Source: Bacilli bacterium (GTDB lineage: Bacteria; Bacillota_I; Bacilli_A; RFN20; CAG-826). From it: DNA of 64,000 nt. The notes below the pieces were generated by a model. That model made no database searches, was not told where the DNA came from, and worked only from the letters and a program-made list of their open reading frames with translations. Every line of letters starts with the position of its first letter. Positions within the stretch are counted from its first letter, which is position 1. Below, one piece after another: positions 18,627-30,316 of this stretch. The DNA is taken from contig DAOSJI010000002.1 of NCBI GenBank assembly GCA_035367155.1, forward strand, positions 38,786-102,785. Direction: 5' to 3'. A program made the position numbers and the translations under genes.

Positions 18627-18655
18627 AGAAAAGCACCGGCAAAGCCGGCTTTTTC
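18627..18655 (-). terminator. Short GC-rich hairpin between rpmH and rnpA (possible partial terminator/attenuator)
   Basis: The minus strand reads GCCGGC-TTT-GCCGG followed by TGCTTTTCTT. The stem is only 5-6 bp. Confidence 0.35.
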
Positions 18656-18790
18656 TTATGCTGATAAGACTTTGCGTCCTTTAGCCCGGCGGGCTTTTAA
18701 AATTTTGCGTCCACCTGGAGTTGCCATTCTGGCTCTAAATCCGTGGTTTCGACTTCGTTTGATTTTACTTGGTTGATATGTTCTTTTCAT
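18656..18790 (-). CDS. rpmH: 50S ribosomal protein L34 (absent from the ORF track because it is under 60 aa)
   Basis: My own translation of the minus strand gives [44 protein letters not shown] plus stop. An AGGAGTG RBS lies upstream. Confidence 0.95.
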   Translation of the reverse strand: MKRTYQPSKIKRSRNHGFRARMATPGGRKILKARRAKGRKVLSA

Positions 18791-18834
18791 TTCTATTTCA
18801 CTCCTATCAATTAACCTTTCGGTTTTCGTCTTTA

Positions 18835-18864
18835 ATTCTATGATAACAACCTATATAAAGTCAA
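18835..18864 (-). promoter_or_regulatory. Candidate sigma-A promoter of rpmH-rnpA-yidC-jag
   Basis: Minus strand: TTGACT (18864-18859), an 18-nt spacer, then TAGAAT (18840-18835). Confidence 0.5.
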
Positions 18865-19017
18865 ACACTTATTATAAATAAGCGTTTATTTCTATATAAG
18901 GTTATAAAAATTTGCATTTTTTGTATTTAACGACAAAAAAAGCATAAAAAATGAAAAGAATCTTTTTATTTCAATCTTTCTTATGTTATTTTTTTCTTAT
19001 TTTATGCTTATTTTATT

Positions 19018-19254
19018 TTGTCCACAGTTAATTGGATTGCACTTATTAACATCGGTGGATAAATACTTATTTCGTTATTTATAATCGTAATTTTATTATG
19101 TGGATAAAATGTTAATTTCAACTTTTTATTATTAGTTTATCCTCTTTTTCCCCGTTGATAAAGCTTTTCCCCACAATTGTCCACATTGTAATTTTGTTAA
19201 TTCTGTGGAAAAGCCGTACTTAAACGGTTAATTTTACATTCCTTTTGTGGACAA
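19018..19254. promoter_or_regulatory. oriC DnaA-box cluster in the rpmH-dnaA intergenic region
   Basis: Six boxes with 0-1 mismatch to TTATCCACA/TGTGGATAA: TTGTCCACA 19018-19026, GGTGGATAA 19054-19062, TGTGGATAA (perfect) 19099-19107, TTGTCCACA 19177-19185, TGTGGAAAA 19204-19212 and TGTGGACAA 19246-19254. A very AT-rich tract lies at about 18895-19017. Confidence 0.8.
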
Positions 19255-19296
19255 ATAATTTTAGATCAAATTTATCGTTTTTCTTTACTGTTATTA

Positions 19297-19305
19297 TGGT
19301 AGAAT
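19297..19305 (+). promoter_or_regulatory. Candidate extended -10 promoter of dnaA
   Basis: TG-g-TAGAAT lies 27 nt upstream of the dnaA ATG. The RBS is TAGGAGG. Confidence 0.45.
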
Positions 19306-19331
19306 TTCATTAGTAGATAGGAGGCACCTTT

Positions 19332-20687
19332 ATGCCTAAGTCCATTTCCGAGATTACCCTCATATGGGATAGGGTACTAGACAGATTAAAGACTCATGTA
19401 ACTGAAAAACATGTTTATGATACTTTTTTTCAAAGTAGTTACGTGCATACAATTATTGATAATACACTTATTATTGTTACAAATAGTAATTTATCAAAAA
19501 CGATGCTCTCAACAACATATGCTCAAACAATTAAAGATGTTGTAAACGAAGTCACACAGTCTAATTATGATCTTAAATTCATCACAAAAGATGAAATTCC
19601 CACTACTAAGGAAGCATCTTTTATTAATAAACCCACTTTCTTTGCTAACGCCAAGATTGTTCAACACTTGACTTTTGATAACTTTATCGTTGGAGATACA
19701 AGTAACTTACAAGCTTTCCAAGCATCGCTTATGATTGCTTCAAATCCAGGTAAACTTTATAATCCTTTATTTATTTATAGTGCCTCAGGTCTTGGGAAAA
19801 CTCACCTTCTACATGCAATTGGTAATTATGTAAAAGATAATTCTCCTTCCTTGCGCGTTCTTTATATATCTGCTGATGATTTCGTTGATGAATTTATTAA
19901 ATTCGCTAAAGGAGACAAGGAAAACGAATCAATGAAAGACTACTTTAAGTCTATTGATGTTCTTTTAGTTGATGATGTTCAATTTTTAGCTGAAAAACCA
20001 AAAACAGAAGAAATGTTTTTTCACATCTTTAACAATCTAGTCAACGCTAATAAGCAAATTGTTTTAACAAGTGACCGTCATCCTAGCGAATTAAAAGGCT
20101 TAGAATCGCGCTTAGTAAGCCGTTTTTCTCAAGGTTTACAAATCAATATTACCGTTCCTGATCTTAAAACTTGTGAAGAAATTCTTCGTGCTAAAATTAG
20201 TGCTAATAACCTTGATGTTCGTGATTTTGATGATGATGTTATTACCTTTTTTGCCGAAAAATTTGGTAGCAATGTCCGTGAACTTGAAGGTTCGCTTAAT
20301 CGTTTATTATTTTATGTAACAACGATTAAAAAAACAAAACGCGTTACGATGGACATTGCTCTAGAAAGTGTTCAATCGCTAATTAGTATTTACGATGCTA
20401 AAACAAAATTAACAGAATCTAAAGTAGTAGCAGTAGTTGCTGATTATTACAACCTAACAAGCTCTCAACTTACTGGAAGAAACAGGAACAGCCAAATAGC
20501 TATGGCACGTCATATCGCGATGCATCTTGTTCGTGAACTTATGGATCTTCCTTTTGCAAGAGTGGGAAAAGTGTTTGGAAGAGACCACACAACTGTGATA
20601 AGTGCAGTCGATAAAGTGGAAAAATTACTAAAGTCCGATCAAGAACTTTCAAAAGCACTTGAAGATCTTAAAACTAGATTAGTTTAA
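19332..20687 (+). CDS. dnaA: Chromosomal replication initiator protein DnaA
   Basis: AAA+ Walker A GLGKTHL, Walker B LLVDDVQF and the C-terminal DNA-binding region FGRDHTTV. Confidence 0.98.
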   Translation: MPKSISEITLIWDRVLDRLKTHVTEKHVYDTFFQSSYVHTIIDNTLIIVTNSNLSKTMLSTTYAQTIKDVVNEVTQSNYDLKFITKDEIPTTKEASFINKPTFFANAKIVQHLTFDNFIVGDTSNLQAFQASLMIASNPGKLYNPLFIYSASGLGKTHLLHAIGNYVKDNSPSLRVLYISADDFVDEFIKFAKGDKENESMKDYFKSIDVLLVDDVQFLAEKPKTEEMFFHIFNNLVNANKQIVLTSDRHPSELKGLESRLVSRFSQGLQINITVPDLKTCEEILRAKISANNLDVRDFDDDVITFFAEKFGSNVRELEGSLNRLLFYVTTIKKTKRVTMDIALESVQSLISIYDAKTKLTESKVVAVVADYYNLTSSQLTGRNRNSQIAMARHIAMHLVRELMDLPFARVGKVFGRDHTTVISAVDKVEKLLKSDQELSKALEDLKTRLV

Positions 20688-20771
20688 AAGGTTTTATGTA
20701 ATAAAGTTAGCCAAAACTGCACTGGATTGTGCTAAACTAGATAAAGAGTAATCTAACTAAATTTATGGGTT

Positions 20772-20811
20772 TTATCCCCTAAATCCACAGCCCTTATTAT
20801 TATCATTAACT
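20772..20811. promoter_or_regulatory. Second (dnaA-dnaN) origin module: two degenerate DnaA boxes, a GC cluster and a DnaA-trio-like repeat
   Basis: TTATCCCCT (20772-20780) and AAATCCACA (20781-20789) are followed by GCCC. Then come TTA TTA TTA TCA TTA (20794-20808), which is TAA TGA TAA TAA TAA on the other strand. Confidence 0.4.
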
Positions 20812-20830
20812 TAATGGAGGAATATACAAT

Positions 20831-21967
20831 ATGAAATTAAAAATAAATCGTGATCACCTTCTTCGTGGTATCACTCTAGCTACTAGAAGCGTTCCTACTA
20901 AGTCTGCTAATCCTTTGTTTGTAAATGTCTTACTTGAAGCAAACGAAAAAGGCTTAACTATGCTTGGTTCAAGTGGAGATCTAACTATTCAAACACTAAT
21001 CCCAATTAGAGTTAACGAATTAGAAGTTCTTCGAGTCTATGCTGAAGGAAAAGCCCTTGTAAATGCTAAACTTTTAAATGAAATTATCCGTCACTTAGAA
21101 GGAAGTGAAGTTGATATCGAAGTAATTGATCAAACACTACTTCAAGTTAGTGATGGACGAAGTGAATTTAACTTAAACTCCATTAAACCAAGTGATTATC
21201 CGGATTTTGACTTAGAACATGATGGCGTTCGTTTTGCTATTGATCGCCAACTATTTGTTAAACTAGTTGATCAGACTGCGTTTGCAGCTTCAACAAAAGA
21301 AAATCGACCGATTTTAACTGCAGTTCATTTAAACGCAAAAAATGGCCATCTTGTCGCTGCAGCAACCGATACTGCTCGTCTTGCAAGAAAACAAGTTGAA
21401 CTAAAAGATAATGTGACATTTTTTGCTAATGTACCTGCTAAAACGATGCAAGATATTGCTAGAATCGTTGAAGAAACAAGAGTTGAAGAAATAGAAATCT
21501 CAGTTAGTGATAAAAAGATTCTCTTTGAATTTGATGGAACTTTTATCGCAAGTCGATTAGTTGGCGGTGATTATCCTTCAACAAAAGAAATTGTTTTAAA
21601 AACCTATAATTCGTTTTTAGAAGCTAATGCAAATGAGTTAATCAAAGCTATGGAAAGAGTATCGCTACTAAGTAGTGAACGAGAAAGAATAGTTCGTTTA
21701 TCAATGAGTGAAAATCTTGTTCAAGTTAGTAGTTCAAGTCCAAACGCAGGAAGAGCTAGCGAAACAGTCCCAACATGTCGCTACAGCGGTGAACCTCTTT
21801 CAATTCACTTTAATGTTGGTTATGTTACCGCAGCAATTAGAGCATGTGGAAGCGATGATGTCCACATTGAATTTACAGGCGAATTAAAACCCTTTGAAGT
21901 TAAAAACATAGAAGATGATACCCAAACGCAAATAATCACGCCTACACGCACTTTTATCGACAAATAA
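20831..21967 (+). CDS. dnaN: DNA polymerase III beta sliding clamp
   Basis: 378 aa with a three-domain clamp-like length. Conserved position after dnaA. The GGAGG RBS is 10 nt upstream. Confidence 0.97.
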   Translation: MKLKINRDHLLRGITLATRSVPTKSANPLFVNVLLEANEKGLTMLGSSGDLTIQTLIPIRVNELEVLRVYAEGKALVNAKLLNEIIRHLEGSEVDIEVIDQTLLQVSDGRSEFNLNSIKPSDYPDFDLEHDGVRFAIDRQLFVKLVDQTAFAASTKENRPILTAVHLNAKNGHLVAAATDTARLARKQVELKDNVTFFANVPAKTMQDIARIVEETRVEEIEISVSDKKILFEFDGTFIASRLVGGDYPSTKEIVLKTYNSFLEANANELIKAMERVSLLSSERERIVRLSMSENLVQVSSSSPNAGRASETVPTCRYSGEPLSIHFNVGYVTAAIRACGSDDVHIEFTGELKPFEVKNIEDDTQTQIITPTRTFIDK

Positions 21968-21991
21968 AGCAAAATAAATCAAAGTCATCTA

Positions 21992-22019
21992 AGGGAATAT
22001 TTATATATTCCCTTTTTTA
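21992..22019 (+). terminator. Rho-independent terminator after dnaN
   Basis: Stem agggaatat (21992-22000) / atattccct (22005-22013) followed by a T-run. An extended -10 (TG-a-TATAAT, 22028-22036) follows, for yaaA-recF. Confidence 0.7.
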
Positions 22020-22065
22020 GTTAGTTTTGATATAATTAACATAGAAACTTTTATAAGGTTTTTTT

Positions 22066-22270
22066 ATGAAAAAAGAAGATACAAAAACTACTGATTTTAC
22101 ATTAGGTCAATTTCTTAAAAAACATAACTTCGTTGCCTCTGGTGGAGCAGCAAAGTTGTTTTTGTTAGAAAATGACGTTTTAGTTAACGGCGAGCTCGAA
22201 AGAAGACGAGGACGAAAACTAAAAGAAGGTGATGTTGTTTCGGTAGATGGAAAGAAAGTGAGCGTTAAAC

Positions 22271-22299
<29 letters not shown>
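22066..22299 (+). CDS. yaaA: S4-domain RNA-binding protein YaaA
   Basis: 77 aa with an S4-like GGAAKLFLLENDVLVNGELERRRGRKLKEGD. Conserved dnaN-yaaA-recF position. Confidence 0.8.
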
Positions 22300-25332
<3,033 letters not shown>

Positions 25333-25338
25333 GAGGTA

Positions 25339-27888
25339 ATGACAATGAGTGAAGAAAGAAAAGATTTACAAGAAATAACAGTTGAACCCGGCATTGAAGC
25401 AGGCATTCAAGATGTTGAAATTTCTAAAGAAGTTAGGAGCTCATTTCTTGACTATGCGATGAGTGTCATTGTTAGTCGTGCGATTCCTGATGTTAGAGAC
25501 GGATTAAAACCTGTTCATCGCCGTATAATTTATGGCATGCATGAAGCAGGAATGCAACCCGACAAACCTTATAAAAAATCAGCTCGTATTGTAGGTGATG
25601 TAATGGGTAAATATCACCCTCACGGTGACCAAGCAATTTATAGTACGCTTGTTAGACTTGCTCAACCATTTGCGATGCGTGAAATCCTTGTTGATGGACA
25701 TGGTAACTTTGGTTCTGTAGATGGCGATGAAGCAGCAGCTATGCGATATACTGAAGCAAGAATGACGCCTCTTGCTGTTGAAATGGTAAGAGGAATCAAT
25801 GAAAATACAATTGATTTTACTAGTAACTATGATGGAACCGAAAAAGAACCAGTCGTTTTACCTGCTAGATTTCCAAATCTTCTCGTTAATGGTAGCAGCG
25901 GTATTGCTGTTGGTATGGCTACTAATATTCCTACTCATAATCTAGGAGAAGTAATTGATGCAATTAATTTAATCGCACGTGATCCAGAAGTTACTCCACG
26001 AGAAATTATGATGAAAGCTCTTCCTGGACCTGATTTTCCAACTGGAGGAACAATTTTAGGAAAAGCTGGTATTGTTAGTGCTTATGAAGAAGGAAGAGGG
26101 ACAATTGTCATTCGTTCCAAAGCTCATTTTGAAGACATGAGCGGAGGAAAAAGTAGAATCATTGTTACTGAAATTCCTTATCAAGTAAATAAAGCTACAC
26201 AAATTGAAAAAATCGTTGATTTAGTTAGAAATAAAGTAATTGACGGTATTACTGATATTCGTGATGAAAGTAACCATGAAGGAATTCGTGTTGTTATTGA
26301 ACTTCGTCGTGATGTAATTGCAGATGTTGTTTGGAATAACATTTTAAAACAAACGCAACTTCAAACGAGTTTTGGAATTATTAATCTTTGTATTGTTGAT
26401 GGTGCTCCACGTGTTTTAAATATTAAAGAAATGCTAGAAAATTATCTAGATTTCCAAGTTGAAGTAATTAAAAGAAGAACAACTTTCTTATTAGAAGGAG
26501 CTCTTGCGCGCGATCATATAGTAGTTGGTTTATTAAAAGCGATTGATAATATTGATGAAATTATTGAAATTTCTAAAACAAGCGCTAACCGAGACGAAGC
26601 GGCACAAATTATGATGGAGCGTTTCGACTTTAGCGAAATTCAAGCTCGAGAAGTACTCTCACTTACAATTGGTCGTTTAACTGGACTTGAAGTTGATCGT
26701 CTTGTCAAAGAACGCGACACTTTAGAAGAAAACATTGCAAAATACCGCTTAATTTTATCAAGTCGCGAAAATATGGTTGAAGAAGTTCTTAAAGAATTAA
26801 ACGAAATCAAAGAAAGATATGCAACCCCACGTCTTACTGAATTAAGTGATGACTTAGCAGATATTGATAACGAAGATTTAATTCCAGAAGAAGAAATTAT
26901 TATTAGTTTAACTAAAAACGGTTATATTAAGCGCACAAGTCCTGATGAATTTAGAACACAAAATCGGGGTGGAAAAGGTGTGCGTGGAATGAAAACTTAC
27001 GAAGATGATGTTGTTGATATTTTAGTCCATACAAAAACTCACACCGATATCCTTTTCTTTACTAGTTTTGGAAAAGTATATCGTTTACGAGGTTATCAAA
27101 TTCCTCTTCAGCAAAGAACAGGAAGAGGCATGCCGATTGTAAACTTACTAAATTTAGATAAAGATGAAAAAGTAAGATCAATTCTTTCAATAGATGAATA
27201 CGATGATAAACACTATTTATTCTATGTAACTAAATTAGGTACGGTTAAGCGTACTCGTTTAGATCAATTTGAATTGATTCGTCAAACTGGAAAAATTGCT
27301 ATTACCCTTAAAGACGGTGATGAATTAGTTGATGTTAAGAAAACCACAGGTGATTTATTAATTGGGATTGGTGCATCAAACGGAAAAATGGTTAAATTCA
27401 AAGAATCTGATGTTCGTTCAATGGGTAGAACTGCAGCAGGTGTTAAAGGCATAACATTAGAAGAAGGTGAATATGTTGTAGGTGTAACGACATCAAGCGA
27501 AGGAAATTATGTCTTATCGCTTTCAAGTCGTGGTTTTGGCAAAATGACTAAAGCCGATGAGTACCGCTTAACAAAACGCGGTGCTAAAGGCGTTATTACT
27601 ATGAATGTAGGCGGTAAAAACGGTGAATTAGTTGGGTTAGTTGCAGTTAGTGGCGAAGAAGACCTAATGATTATTACTGAAGAAGGAACTATTATTCGTT
27701 TATCTTTAACACAAGTTGCTAGAAGCGGACGGAATACAAAAGGCGTTAGAGTGATTCGCTTAAAAGATAAAGAAGCGATCGCCTCCTTTGCAGTCGTTGA
27801 ACATTTTGATGATGAAGAAGATGAAGAAGAACTAGAATTAAAGAAAGAAAAGGAAAAAGAAGAGGCTAACGAAAACGCTGAAGAATAA
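25339..27888 (+). CDS. gyrA: DNA gyrase subunit A
   Basis: GKYHPHGD, the active-site region AAMRYTEARM and an acidic C-terminal tail. AGGAGG at 25331-25336 fits the second ATG (25345) better as the true start. Confidence 0.98.
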   Translation: MTMSEERKDLQEITVEPGIEAGIQDVEISKEVRSSFLDYAMSVIVSRAIPDVRDGLKPVHRRIIYGMHEAGMQPDKPYKKSARIVGDVMGKYHPHGDQAIYSTLVRLAQPFAMREILVDGHGNFGSVDGDEAAAMRYTEARMTPLAVEMVRGINENTIDFTSNYDGTEKEPVVLPARFPNLLVNGSSGIAVGMATNIPTHNLGEVIDAINLIARDPEVTPREIMMKALPGPDFPTGGTILGKAGIVSAYEEGRGTIVIRSKAHFEDMSGGKSRIIVTEIPYQVNKATQIEKIVDLVRNKVIDGITDIRDESNHEGIRVVIELRRDVIADVVWNNILKQTQLQTSFGIINLCIVDGAPRVLNIKEMLENYLDFQVEVIKRRTTFLLEGALARDHIVVGLLKAIDNIDEIIEISKTSANRDEAAQIMMERFDFSEIQAREVLSLTIGRLTGLEVDRLVKERDTLEENIAKYRLILSSRENMVEEVLKELNEIKERYATPRLTELSDDLADIDNEDLIPEEEIIISLTKNGYIKRTSPDEFRTQNRGGKGVRGMKTYEDDVVDILVHTKTHTDILFFTSFGKVYRLRGYQIPLQQRTGRGMPIVNLLNLDKDEKVRSILSIDEYDDKHYLFYVTKLGTVKRTRLDQFELIRQTGKIAITLKDGDELVDVKKTTGDLLIGIGASNGKMVKFKESDVRSMGRTAAGVKGITLEEGEYVVGVTTSSEGNYVLSLSSRGFGKMTKADEYRLTKRGAKGVITMNVGGKNGELVGLVAVSGEEDLMIITEEGTIIRLSLTQVARSGRNTKGVRVIRLKDKEAIASFAVVEHFDDEEDEEELELKKEKEKEEANENAEE

Positions 27889-27897
27889 AGGTATCGT

Positions 27898-28917
27898 ATG
27901 AGACCATTAATTTACTTTCCAAAAGAGAAAGATGGCAGTATCTATCAAACCGCGCGGCTTAGAAAAAATATCAAAGCCGCTTTTGAGCATTTGAATGTTC
28001 CTTACTATGAAAAAAATCGCGGTAATATAGATATTGCTCTTTTTGGATCGCTTAGAAATAAAGATATAAACCAAATAAAAAAATGTAAAAAAAGAAACAT
28101 ACCAACAATCTTTTTTGCTCTTTACCAAGAAAGCGATTCTTTTAGTGAATTAGTTAAAATTAAAAGAACTGGACAATTATATATAAGTAAAAAAGACTTA
28201 GATTCACTAAATGAAATAGATCTCATTTTGGTTCCAAGCGAAGAAGCAAAGCGATACTTAAAGAGTTTTGGTGTAAATGCTGAAATAAAGACATTATTTA
28301 CCCCCGTAAATGTAGAACGTTTTAATAGTGAGCACGTACTTGAAAAAACAATTTTTAATAGATATTTCCGATTAAAAGAGGATACAAAAATAATCATAGG
28401 AACGACTAATACTAAAAATGTTGAAGGAGTAGAGATGTTTTCGACATTAGCTAATCGATTTCAAGATTATGTGTTTTTCTATTTTATCGAAACAAATAGT
28501 TTTAAAGATCGCTTTTTTGTAAAAAAGTTAGCAAATAAAAATCCATCAAATTTAATTGTTCGTTCATTAGTTAATGATGATGTTTTTAGAAGCGGTTTAA
28601 TGAATGCAAATTTCTATATTGAAACAAGTAATAAAAAAGTTGGTACACTTTCATTGGTAGACACATTTGCAAGTGAGACACACTTAATTGCTTGCAAGAA
28701 CGCCATTTATAACGATGTAGTTGATGAAAATGTCGCTTCGGTTTATTTAACGCTAGAAAACATTATTAACATTATTGAAAAAGGTGAAAGTTCTTATGAT
28801 AAACAACGCAAAAACGCACTAAAACGCGCAGAAAAGGCTTCAATTTCAAATTTTGCGAATAAATTAAAAGAGATAATAGAGACACTTTTAAATAAAAGAA
28901 AGCAGGTGGGAAGATGA
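27898..28917 (+). CDS. GT4-like glycosyltransferase paralog with a degenerate catalytic motif
   Basis: Collinear similarity to the GT4 at 48772-49788: LIYFPKE/LIYFEGE, KKCKKRNIPTIFF/RKCKRKNIPVIVH and DLILVPSEEAKRYLKSFG/DLIVTPTLYSENLIKSYG. The E-x7-E position reads KKVGTLSLVD. Confidence 0.5.
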   Translation: MRPLIYFPKEKDGSIYQTARLRKNIKAAFEHLNVPYYEKNRGNIDIALFGSLRNKDINQIKKCKKRNIPTIFFALYQESDSFSELVKIKRTGQLYISKKDLDSLNEIDLILVPSEEAKRYLKSFGVNAEIKTLFTPVNVERFNSEHVLEKTIFNRYFRLKEDTKIIIGTTNTKNVEGVEMFSTLANRFQDYVFFYFIETNSFKDRFFVKKLANKNPSNLIVRSLVNDDVFRSGLMNANFYIETSNKKVGTLSLVDTFASETHLIACKNAIYNDVVDENVASVYLTLENIINIIEKGESSYDKQRKNALKRAEKASISNFANKLKEIIETLLNKRKQVGR

Positions 28918-30191
28918 TTGATATTAATTTAATTAGAAGCGAACCAGAAAAAGTTAAAGCATCTTTATTAAAAAAAGGATGGGATGTAGATTTTACATCA
29001 CTTTTAGCTCTTGATAAAAAAAGACGCGAATTACGGCAAGAAGTTGAAGAAAGCAAAGCTAAACAAAATGAACTTAGTGCAAGTGTAGCTAAAGTTAAAA
29101 AAGAAGGCGGAGATACAGAAAGTATATTTACTCGTGTAAAACAAATTAAGGCTGAAAACACTGAAAAGGAAGAACTTTTGAAGAAACTTGACCAAGAAAT
29201 TCAGGTAATTTTAGATGAACTACCAAATATGCCTGATGATGACCTAAAACCAGGCGGTAAAGAAAATAATGAAGTAATAAAAACATATTTCAATAAACCA
29301 ACTTTTAGCTTTAAAACAAAAGACCATGTTGAACTTTGTGAAAGCCTGGGCTTGATTGATTATAAAAGAGCAGCAAAAATTTCAGGCGCTGGGACTTGGA
29401 TATATACTAACTTAGGCGCGCGTCTTGAATGGGCACTTATTAATTATTTTATTGATGAACATTTAAAAGATGGTTATGAAATGGTTCTACCACCTCACCT
29501 ATTAAATGAAGCTTCTGGCTATACGGCCGGACAATTTCCAAAGTTTAAAAGCGATGTGTTTTGGCTAAAAGACATGGAACCTGCAAGGTTTTTATTACCA
29601 ACGGCAGAAACAGCACTGGTCAATTTTCATCGGAATGAGATATTAACGCTCGAAGATTTACCAAAAAAATATTTCGCTTATACACCCTGTTATCGAAGCG
29701 AAGCCGGTTCATATAGAACAGAAGAACGGGGAATGATTCGTGGATATCAATTTAACAAAGTAGAAATTGTCCAATATGCGACGAAAGAAGGTAGTGATAA
29801 AGCTTTTGAAGAACTTGTTAATAAAGCAATTAGACTAGTAGAAAAATTAGGTCTTCACTTTGTCGTTTCAAAACTAGCAGCAGGAGATTGTTCCCATTCT
29901 ATGGCTAGAACATATGATATAGAAGTTTATATTCCAAGCATGGATATATATAAAGAAGTGTCCAGCGCATCAAATGCTAGATGTTATCAAGCTAGACGCG
30001 GAATGATTAGATACCGCGATAAAAATGGACAAATCGAATATTGTCATACACTTAATGCGTCAGGCCTTGCGACCTCGCGATTATTTCCTGCAATTCTTGA
30101 ACAAAACCAACAAGAAGATGGCTCTGTTATTATTCCTGAAGTATTACGTTCATATCTAGGTGGACTTAGCGTACTTAAACCCAAAAAGTAA
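28914..30191 (+). CDS. serS: Seryl-tRNA synthetase
   Basis: N-terminal coiled-coil arm, class II motif 2 YRSEAGSYRTEERGMIRGYQFNKVE and motif 3 HTLNASGLATSR. ATGA overlap with the upstream gene. Confidence 0.97.
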   Translation: MIDINLIRSEPEKVKASLLKKGWDVDFTSLLALDKKRRELRQEVEESKAKQNELSASVAKVKKEGGDTESIFTRVKQIKAENTEKEELLKKLDQEIQVILDELPNMPDDDLKPGGKENNEVIKTYFNKPTFSFKTKDHVELCESLGLIDYKRAAKISGAGTWIYTNLGARLEWALINYFIDEHLKDGYEMVLPPHLLNEASGYTAGQFPKFKSDVFWLKDMEPARFLLPTAETALVNFHRNEILTLEDLPKKYFAYTPCYRSEAGSYRTEERGMIRGYQFNKVEIVQYATKEGSDKAFEELVNKAIRLVEKLGLHFVVSKLAAGDCSHSMARTYDIEVYIPSMDIYKEVSSASNARCYQARRGMIRYRDKNGQIEYCHTLNASGLATSRLFPAILEQNQQEDGSVIIPEVLRSYLGGLSVLKPKK

Positions 30192-30193
30192 GA

Positions 30194-30222
30194 TTGGCAA
30201 TTTTATAATATTCTTATATAAT
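30194..30222 (+). promoter_or_regulatory. Sigma-A-type promoter of the SRP RNA gene
   Basis: TTGGCA (30194-30199), a 17-nt spacer, then TATAAT (30217-30222). Confidence 0.6.
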
Positions 30223-30226
30223 ATGA

Positions 30227-30309
30227 GTGCCATCGCGATGGGAATATTCCGAACCAGGTCAGGACGGGAACGTAGCAGCCTTAAGGTTGATCTCATGTGC
30301 GATGGTTTT
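30227..30309 (+). ncRNA. ffs: Small (4.5S-like) signal recognition particle RNA
   Basis: Domain IV consensus CCAGGTCAGGACGGGAACGTAGCAGCC with a GGAA tetraloop. The 5' CCATCGC pairs with the 3' GCGATGG, and a T-run follows. The ends are approximate. Confidence 0.85.
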
Positions 30310-30316
30310 AATTAAT

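Noticed and set aside
27781-27888. GAA/GAT-rich repetitive DNA at the gyrA 3' end
   Set aside because: It encodes the acidic C-terminal tail (DDEEDEEELELKKEKEKEE) common in GyrA. This is low-complexity coding sequence, not a repeat element.
28800-28917. Expected T-box leader upstream of serS
   Set aside because: There is no intergenic space. serS overlaps the preceding CDS by 4 nt, so no leader RNA can be present.
30227-30316. N-terminal 30 codons of the track ORF 30227-30802 (MPSRWEYSEPGQDGNVAALRL...)
   Set aside because: This stretch is the SRP RNA gene read as protein. tadA homology only begins at MMKTHEKY (30317), so I trimmed the CDS.
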